From: Porphyridium purpureum
Lineage: Eukaryota
Assembly: GCA_008690995.1 (NCBI GenBank)
Contig: VRMN01000001.1
Coordinates: 744,001-808,000, forward strand
Length of the DNA: 64,000 bases
Reading direction: 5' to 3'
Part shown: piece by piece, positions 57,050-64,000 of the stretch
Numbering within the stretch: position 1 is the first letter of the stretch
Layout of the letters: each line of letters begins with the position of its first letter
The notes under the pieces: generated by a model
Told to the model about the DNA's origin: nothing
Databases searched by the model: none
The model's input: only the letters and a program-made list of their open reading frames with translations
Program-made: the position numbers and the translations under genes

Positions 57050-58219
57050 TTAGGGTTGTGTACAGGGTGGAAGCGCGGTGCTGGCTTGGAGGAGGGTATG
57101 GTCGAGGCGGGCGCGACGCAGGTGGCGTCCGATGAAGAGGATGCGGGAGCCGAGGAGTTCCCATGGCTGAGAGGTGGAGAGCGACGCGTTGCCGGCGGGC
57201 GCGCAGACTTCGAACGTGTCGTCCACGCCTTGCACAATCCACCAGTGCGGCGGCTCGCGCTCCCGCTCGTGCTCGGCGTCGCCAGCGCGCGCAGGCGTCG
57301 CCACAGCCACGCGAACAACGCCCTTGATGCGCCAGATCTCTTGCCGGCGCTGCTTCTGATCGTTGGCTTCTAGCAAAGGGTCGCTGCCGCCATTGTCCTC
57401 GACGTCGTCATCGTCGCAACCCCACAGCAAGTCGCCCAGCGCACGTTCCAGTGCACGCGGCTGGAACGTCCAGTTGGCAGGAACGAGAACGACGTGGCTT
57501 TCCAGGCCATGTGAGTGCGACTGCGGCCCGTGACTGTCAGCCGATGTAAGCGCGAGGTCCCGCCGCACCGCGTTAACACTCATCTCGAAGGCGCGTATTC
57601 TAAGCAGGTCATGTAGCGGCACGTCACACTGAACGCAAGCCTGCACGCGCACGCCAGGATTATGGCGTTGCACAAAATCTTCCATGAGTTCGCGCTCTGT
57701 GTCGCTGATCCGGTCTACTTTGTTCAGAAGCACACGGTCCGCAAGCGCAATCTGCTTGATAAACTCGAGGCGGTCCACTTTCCCTTCGGTCTTGACCGCA
57801 CTGGCGTCAACGACCGTGATAATGCCGTCCAGCGCAAGGCGCATTTCCAGTGCCTCGTCGACCCAGAACAAAGCGGCGACGGGCGCCGGATCCGCGGCGC
57901 CAGACGCTTCAATTACAATGTGGTCGATCTGCTTGGCCGCCAGCAGCCGAGCGAGCGCGTCCACGAGGTCGTCCTTGACAGTGCAACATAAGCAGCCGTT
58001 AGGAAGCTCAACAAACTCCGGGATAAGTGTGCTATCCACTCCTTGTGTTACAATGCTATTCTCAATTCCCAGCGTCTGTCCAAACTCATTCTCGACCACT
58101 GCAATCCGCAGTCCATGCTTCTCAGTCAGAATGCGACGGATTAATGTGCTCTTCCCTGCCCCCAAGAATCCGCTGACGAGCGTGACCGGGACAACACCCG
58201 GCTCTTCGATGCTCGACAT
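57050..58219 (-). CDS. COG0523/CobW-family (ZNG1/CBWD-like) metallochaperone GTPase
   Basis: SGFLGAGKS, NEFG, ELPNGCLCC (CxCC), IEASG, NKVD, C-terminal WRIKG..VQGV..FIGR. Confidence 0.93.
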   Translation of the reverse strand: MSSIEEPGVVPVTLVSGFLGAGKSTLIRRILTEKHGLRIAVVENEFGQTLGIENSIVTQGVDSTLIPEFVELPNGCLCCTVKDDLVDALARLLAAKQIDHIVIEASGAADPAPVAALFWVDEALEMRLALDGIITVVDASAVKTEGKVDRLEFIKQIALADRVLLNKVDRISDTERELMEDFVQRHNPGVRVQACVQCDVPLHDLLRIRAFEMSVNAVRRDLALTSADSHGPQSHSHGLESHVVLVPANWTFQPRALERALGDLLWGCDDDDVEDNGGSDPLLEANDQKQRRQEIWRIKGVVRVAVATPARAGDAEHEREREPPHWWIVQGVDDTFEVCAPAGNASLSTSQPWELLGSRILFIGRHLRRARLDHTLLQASTALPPCTQP

Positions 58220-58343
58220 TGCAAGGATGGCTCCGCGAGACCTCGCCTCGAAACCAGACCAGATCGGACACCAGGAAAAGAAGATGACGAAGGAAACAGT
58301 GATGAACTCCTCCTCTTTCCCTTGCAGTCATGGGCGCGGCGCT

Positions 58344-59300
58344 TCAACCTGCGAGAAATGGGTGCGCGCGAACTTGTGCCGCGGTATATCTTTGCTCCGG
58401 AACGCGATCCACGAGTCCGCAAATCAAGTCGTGCGCGTCGGGAAGCGCTTGAACGGCTTCCAATACTCGTTGTCTCAACGCGTCTGGCTCCTGAAAAACG
58501 ATAGCCCTCTGCGCATCTACCGCGCTCCGTTCGCTCCCGAACAGCAGTGTTCCACTCAGACAATAAAAGATCAGGCAGCCCAGACCCCACATATCCGACG
58601 CCTTGGTCACGCGCTGATGTTTCAGCACTTCGGGCGCTGTGCACCACACGGTGGAGTGCACTGTGTAGTTCAAAGAGGCGGTGCGTCCGGAGCCTTCCGA
58701 TTCGGAACCTGGCTCGCCGGTGTGTACCTCTAGCACTACCGCGCTTCCAAAGTCCGCCAGGCGAAGCGAATCCAGCCTCGCTGAGCCGTCAGCATTCGCG
58801 CGCAGGAAAAGAATGTTCTCTGGTTTGAGATCACAATGCACAATTCCCTGAGCGTGAATGTATTCGAGGGCATTGATGAGCTGTATCACCACTTGCCGCG
58901 TATCGTGTGCTGCAAGCCGCCCGTCGTGTCGCGCCTGCAACGCCGCCGCAAGCGTGCCGCCACGACACAGTTCAAGTAGGAAAAACACACACTGCTCATC
59001 GTGGAACGCGCCGAGCATGCGTAGGACATTTATGTGATTCAGCCGGGCGTGCACGCGCCGTTCTTGGATCACGCGCGAAAGCGTCTGAGCCCGCAAACTT
59101 TGTCTCTTATCCACCACTTTGAGCGCCACATACGTGGCGCGCAAGTCAGATGGCAACGACGGCTTGCCACTAGGTCGTAGCCGTGCAGTCAGCACGGTCG
59201 TGAATGGACCCGTGTGCAGCGTTTCACCGAGCTCAAAGTCGTGGATCGTGATGGCGCTATTGGAAGGAGTTTCTTTCGCGTCGTCTGCGGATGTTGCCAT
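58344..59300 (-). CDS. Ser/Thr protein kinase, PDK1/Aurora-like, with divergent Gly loop
   Basis: VALK, HCDLKPENIL, LADFGSA, APE, SDMWGLGC, R...HPF. Confidence 0.88.
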   Translation of the reverse strand: MATSADDAKETPSNSAITIHDFELGETLHTGPFTTVLTARLRPSGKPSLPSDLRATYVALKVVDKRQSLRAQTLSRVIQERRVHARLNHINVLRMLGAFHDEQCVFFLLELCRGGTLAAALQARHDGRLAAHDTRQVVIQLINALEYIHAQGIVHCDLKPENILFLRANADGSARLDSLRLADFGSAVVLEVHTGEPGSESEGSGRTASLNYTVHSTVWCTAPEVLKHQRVTKASDMWGLGCLIFYCLSGTLLFGSERSAVDAQRAIVFQEPDALRQRVLEAVQALPDAHDLICGLVDRVPEQRYTAAQVRAHPFLAG

Positions 59301-60867
59301 GATGCCATCCCATTGACACTCGCTCTCAGCTCCGATTTCGAAATTTCCGGGAGTTACGTTTGGGATTGGGCTGTGTTTTGAGCTTTGGGTTTGGATTTCC
59401 CGTACAAGGCAACATGATTGATTGAGCGCTTCACCAACTAATTGTCACATGGAAAGAACATCAGTTTAATGCTTCTTTCTGTCTCCCAACTCGGCCACGG
59501 AAGACAAGAACGTACCGGAAAGGATCAGTACTGCTCCGCCGCGCATCTTCGGTGCGGAGGTTTGCAGTCCAGTCTTTCGCGTCAACTTTGCGTAGCATGT
59601 ATAAAACCACGACGAGAAGTCGCCGCTCATTGAGAGCCATCAAAACGTGTTCAATGTTTTCGCCTTCGACGGTGATTTCAAGGCCACCGTCAGGAAAGGA
59701 AGTACCGCACCCAAGCCAGCACCCGAGCGGCGTTCAAATGTCCCGGGTTGAACAGAATGAGACATGAAGCGCGGGAACACGTAACAATGAGTATTGAGGC
59801 GGAATAGCCACTCTCGCGCCAAACACGTTCAGAAAGATGCCTGAATAGAATGGGCTCTTAGCGTTGTGCTGTTCCGCAGCGCCATGGTTCTGCTTTGTTC
59901 CGCCGCGCGCCGGCCACTCTCCCTTCTGCTGCAGCTCAGAATGCGCTGGGAACTTGACTGCCATTCCGGACTTTTCCTCAAGCATCAAGCAGCCAACCGC
60001 ACGGCGTTCATCATCATCCGCGCAGCTCCACACCGTTCGTGTTCGCTTGAGCTCACCTGTCAATGCTTTTTCATACGAGCCGCGGATTGTGCGCCTCCAC
60101 CACTCCCGGAAGTAAATAGGATCATTAAGGGCGTGACAAATACTGCTTCACTCATCCTCACATCCCACGTCCACCTACCTCGTCTCTCATCTCCGGACCA
60201 CATCCGTGAACATTTCCCGACTGCTACCGCCACCAACACCGAGCGGCAGCGGTTTCGATTTATCCATCACAGCCAAGTGATCAACAATCTTCGGTCACTG
60301 TACTCGAAATAAGTCAGCGATCAGCCTTGACGGTGCGGCCACACGAATGCATCGCGCGCAAAGTGTTCGGAAATCCCGTGGCGCCATGCATGTACCCCAT
60401 CGACCCGAAAACCAATCGACCACTCCCAATGTCAGACGCGGAGCCCTTTCTGACTGGCGCTCATTTCGTACCCGAGCACAACGGCCATGCTCGGCCTCGA
60501 GCTTCATGCGCGACTGACACAACTTCATCCATCGACGCTCGTTTGCTTCACAGTCTTCCCGCTCTTCAACAGTGGCAGCCACCGAGCCGCGCTGCTCCTA
60601 GCCAAGCTCCTTATCGGTTTCACTTTCGCGGTTATCCGTTTAGCCGTTTCATGAATTGGCGCGTGGCGTGTGTCGAAAGAACCACGAGGGGTACAGTGCG
60701 TACAGTTTGAACGGAACTTTAAATTCTCGCACGCTTGATGATGACAAGCGCACGAGCTCGGATGACACAACCCTTCTCAGATGACCGAACCCCAGCAACA
60801 CGACGCACACGGCACAGAGAACACAACCACACGACGCACACAACACAGACGACGAATACCCGGGGCG

Positions 60868-61522
60868 TGGAAAATCCAACGTATAGGGCCTCTACTATTG
60901 CCTTTCGCGTCGGCACAGACAGCACCGGTCTCGACAGGGGCAGGGTGTCGTAACGGACAAAGCCGCCGTCTGCCTTCAGTGCTCCAAGAGCACCGAAACC
61001 CCCCAGACACGATGTGCTGCTGGCTCTGCTACACAGGCTCAGCAAAAGGCCCCACGTCTTCCGACGACCACGCCCAGGCACCCGACACCAAAGAACAACT
61101 CTTCCTTTATTCTCTGTGTCGTACTCCCTTGCCTCTTCTTCTTCCGCTCTAAAGAAATCCGGGGAACCGCACGGGCCCGCGCCCATTATATACCCCGCCG
61201 TCCTTGCTGTCCTTGACGCGGAAGGGAGAAATTATTTCTCCCAAAAGGCTGGGCTTTCCTCCGTTCGTTCCACGGAACGAAGCCACAGCCAGCCACGTCA
61301 GCAAGCGGCTCAATGGGTGCCGGCCGGCCGCCAAGCGGCTCCTGCTTCCCTCGGACACGCGACTCCGGCTCCTCGGGGCGAAAGACAACAATGCACAAAA
61401 CCAGAGGTACAGGGTAAAAAACCACGCGGGCGAAAAAGCCCCTGTACCTCAAAGAATTCCGAGACGCCGTACCTCTAGGTGTACACCCAGGGCGTCTCTC
61501 GGACCGGAACACTTTTAATCCA
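60868..61522 (-). repeat. Probable 3' LTR (about 655 bp) of the copia element
   Basis: On the minus strand it starts TGGA just after the polypurine tract and ends TCCA at 60868; it contains TATATAA (61192-61186) then AATAAA (61091-61086). The left boundary is inferred because the 5' LTR is outside the window. Confidence 0.55.
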
Positions 61523-64000
61523 TGCTCCTCCTTCCGATCTGAGGGACGCGTAACATGTTCCAACACCTGATGTGACCTTCCGGAAACAAAGGCTTTGTCA
61601 TCAAGTCGGACACGTTTTCTCCCGTCCTCACATACTCCAATGTCACCAACTTCTGCTTCTCGCAAATTTGGTGTATCCACGCCAAGTCCGTGGCTCTGGT
61701 TACTGCCATGTGATGCAACTTTGGCGAATATCCCATCTCGACCGCACGGAGAACAACTTGACTATCACAAAGCAGGGTCAACGCATAATCCCCCTCCTGC
61801 ACGCTTCGAAGAAACGACAATGCCGGAAACAAAGATAACTGCACCGTTTCTTCCAGAGCGGCCATCTCAGACTCAGAGGTCGAAGAGCTAACAAAGCGTT
61901 GCCTTCTGGAGCTCCAATCGACCAGATACTTGTTTCCACCCGCGACCAAGTACGTCACTCTTCCAGACGTTGACTTGCGCGTTTCCGGGCATCCAGCAAA
62001 GTCGGCATCAGCATAGCCCAAGACGCTTACGTCACCGACCTTCAATGACGTCATCCGCAAATACTCAAGTGGCTCACGAGGAACCTTCAAGTATTGCATG
62101 ACGCGAACCAGGAGTCTCTCAGCTGCGACGTTCCAGCTATCCACATACCGAGCCACCACTCCAACTGCGTAGGAGATATCCGGTCTGACCGTCCTGGCCA
62201 ACCACAGCAGCCTCCCAACATGCTCGCGTATTTTCAGATGCCCATGTTCGACTTGAACATCCAATACAGCGTCAGCATTCATCTTCTCGCCTGGTGACTT
62301 CACTGCTCGCAGCACCTGCCCAAGCTCTTCTTCAAATTCCTTCACCACCAAGGTTTGGTAGTGATCATGATCCAACGAAAACCGTGTCGCCGACTCCGAG
62401 ATCATGAGACCTAGGAACCTTAACGGGGCTCCTTCCGAGAGGACTTCTGGCTCCTTCTCAATGAGGAACTCTGACCTCAACTCTCGAAATATCTCACCCC
62501 GATCCTTCTCGGCACACGCGAGCAGGCCATCGTCGACATACAAGGCCAAGAGTGCAACAGATGCACTTCCCGCCATCTTTTTCACGTATACGTTCTTCTC
62601 GCCGTGAATCAAATCCCACCCGAACTTTTGAAGTCTTCTGCGGGCATCGATGGAAAAGTCAGACCCGCTTCTTGGTAAGCCATAAAGCGCCCTCCTTAAG
62701 CGAACGACAAGTCCATCACCTCCTCCTGGAACGTGACGGGGCAACATGGCAAACGTCGGTGGTCCTGACAAGTCAGCGTGTAAGTACGCCGACGTCACAT
62801 CGAACGACACGATTTTCAATCCCAGGATCGCGGCCAAAGCTATCAACATTCTGATTGCAGACAGGCCCGCGGGCACCTCATAGTCAAACACATCCTGAGT
62901 GACCTTCCCTGAGGCATCCCAAATCCTATTTCCACCAGCAACAAGCCGACACTTGACCTTGCGAAACTCCTCCGGAAGCTCAGCGAACTTCAATCCGAAT
63001 ATAAAGTGTGTCCGCACAAATCGTGCGCCTGGGACCTTGAGAGCTTCTTCCCTTGAAATAGGTTGCTCATCCCATACCTTGAATCGAATCATCAAGTCCA
63101 CTTCTTTTTGCATGGCTTCTCTTCCAGCCGAAGAAGCCAGAGCTTGGCTCGTCTGCAACAAAGTTGTCAAGTTCAATTGCGGTGTTTCTGGAGCAACTCC
63201 TGCGCGTTGCTTCCAATTTTCCTCCGAGAGGCCCATATTATGGGCCCGGGCTCGCACATCCTTTCCGTTTCTTGAATTGCGGAACACTGCCTTGTATTCT
63301 TGCAGAGTTCTTTCCCACTTCCCCCAGCCAAAGAGCCGTAAGCCATCCATGATGGCCTGATCCTCTTCCCGGCTCCAAGCTACACTGGGTTTTCGTTTCC
63401 CCCTTCTTCCAATAGGTAGGGGAACGTCCTCCTCCAAGTTCCCGGACACACGCGCCTCGGCCGTATTCGTAGGCAACACCATAGTCTCTTGACTATCCGG
63501 TTCTTCCTGCCTAGAGTGAAAGTCGATTTCACCCTCACGTGCCGAGACCTCCTCGTCATCCTTTGTTTCCAAAGTCCGCATTGGAAACACTTCAGGGAAC
63601 GCCTTGAAGTCCTGAGTGCGAGTCAGCCTCGGTACCGCACTCGTCCACTCCTCCTGAGGAAGGACCCAGATTGCCAGCGGATGCTCCGCAACTCCAACAA
63701 GGACTCCAATCTTTCCTCTGGGTGCATACTTGTTCTCAGGTTGATCATTCTTGAACACCACCTTGCATCCAAATGGTACTGCTACCTTCCCCCGCTTCCA
63801 TCTCTCACCGTACCTCATTTCATACGGAGACTTCCCAGACCTCTTGTCTGGGTGCAGCCGATTGAACATGAAGACGAAATGCTGAGCGGCATGCAAAAAC
63901 CACCGCTTTCCCAGCCCAGACTGCAGGAGATTTGCTCGTACCCCCTGATTCAAAGTATGATGGAAACGTTCCTGTTCAGCGTGGCTATTTGGTCTATGTG
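61515..64000 (-). CDS. Ty1/copia Pol polyprotein (integrase C-part, Myb/SANT domain, RT, RNase H), 5'-truncated by the window edge
   Basis: PNSHAEQERFHHT, SPYE, PFGC, KCRLVAGG, FDVTSAYLHA, LRRALYGL, LYVDD, FLGL, RPDISYAV, YADADFAG, SSTSESE, SDLMTKPL. The frame is open to the window end. Confidence 0.95.
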   Translation of the reverse strand, partial: HRPNSHAEQERFHHTLNQGVRANLLQSGLGKRWFLHAAQHFVFMFNRLHPDKRSGKSPYEMRYGERWKRGKVAVPFGCKVVFKNDQPENKYAPRGKIGVLVGVAEHPLAIWVLPQEEWTSAVPRLTRTQDFKAFPEVFPMRTLETKDDEEVSAREGEIDFHSRQEEPDSQETMVLPTNTAEARVSGNLEEDVPLPIGRRGKRKPSVAWSREEDQAIMDGLRLFGWGKWERTLQEYKAVFRNSRNGKDVRARAHNMGLSEENWKQRAGVAPETPQLNLTTLLQTSQALASSAGREAMQKEVDLMIRFKVWDEQPISREEALKVPGARFVRTHFIFGLKFAELPEEFRKVKCRLVAGGNRIWDASGKVTQDVFDYEVPAGLSAIRMLIALAAILGLKIVSFDVTSAYLHADLSGPPTFAMLPRHVPGGGDGLVVRLRRALYGLPRSGSDFSIDARRRLQKFGWDLIHGEKNVYVKKMAGSASVALLALYVDDGLLACAEKDRGEIFRELRSEFLIEKEPEVLSEGAPLRFLGLMISESATRFSLDHDHYQTLVVKEFEEELGQVLRAVKSPGEKMNADAVLDVQVEHGHLKIREHVGRLLWLARTVRPDISYAVGVVARYVDSWNVAAERLLVRVMQYLKVPREPLEYLRMTSLKVGDVSVLGYADADFAGCPETRKSTSGRVTYLVAGGNKYLVDWSSRRQRFVSSSTSESEMAALEETVQLSLFPALSFLRSVQEGDYALTLLCDSQVVLRAVEMGYSPKLHHMAVTRATDLAWIHQICEKQKLVTLEYVRTGENVSDLMTKPLFPEGHIRCWNMLRVPQIGRRSMD
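61525..61535 (-). other. Polypurine tract GGAAGGAGGAG
   Basis: Purine run at the end of RNase H, 2 nt before the TG of the putative LTR. Confidence 0.7.

Larger units (their letters stand above)
60868..64000 (-). mobile_element. Ty1/copia LTR retrotransposon, 3' portion
   Basis: IN-RT-RH domain order, PPT and LTR-like segment. Confidence 0.93.

Noticed and set aside
59320..60860. Short ORFs and a CA-rich tract beside the LTR
   Set aside because: No identifiable protein. Cannot be assigned to the element without the 5' LTR.
1..64000. tRNA, rRNA, CRISPR or telomeric arrays
   Set aside because: None seen by eye.

Overview
Gene-dense, nearly intron-free eukaryotic nuclear DNA. It is most consistent with a unicellular red alga such as Porphyridium, inferred from MAF-type plastid transit peptides, GLDH, a cyanobacterial-like MutS1, a Hog-type Hint protein and GTRCGT splice donors. 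About 29 protein genes can be called: organellar LeuRS, eIF3L, Hint protein, SLC35F-type transporter, SGT, DNA2, MutS, a secreted Cys-rich protein, SPX-EXS, PGK, GT92-like, C2H2 TF, lumenal FKBP, MsrB-like, mito uS10, YciI-like, conserved plastid protein, MATE, MED18 and RPP20 (each with one intron), GLDH, NELF-C/D-like, mL41, mL46, NDUFA7, GMPPA, a small hypothetical, CobW/ZNG1 and a kinase. The window ends in a Ty1/copia retrotransposon with an open pol and a probable 3' LTR. The standout observation is a TRF/telobox-like Myb/SANT domain between integrase and reverse transcriptase in that pol, a candidate integration-targeting module. All calls come from motif recognition by eye; no searches were run.
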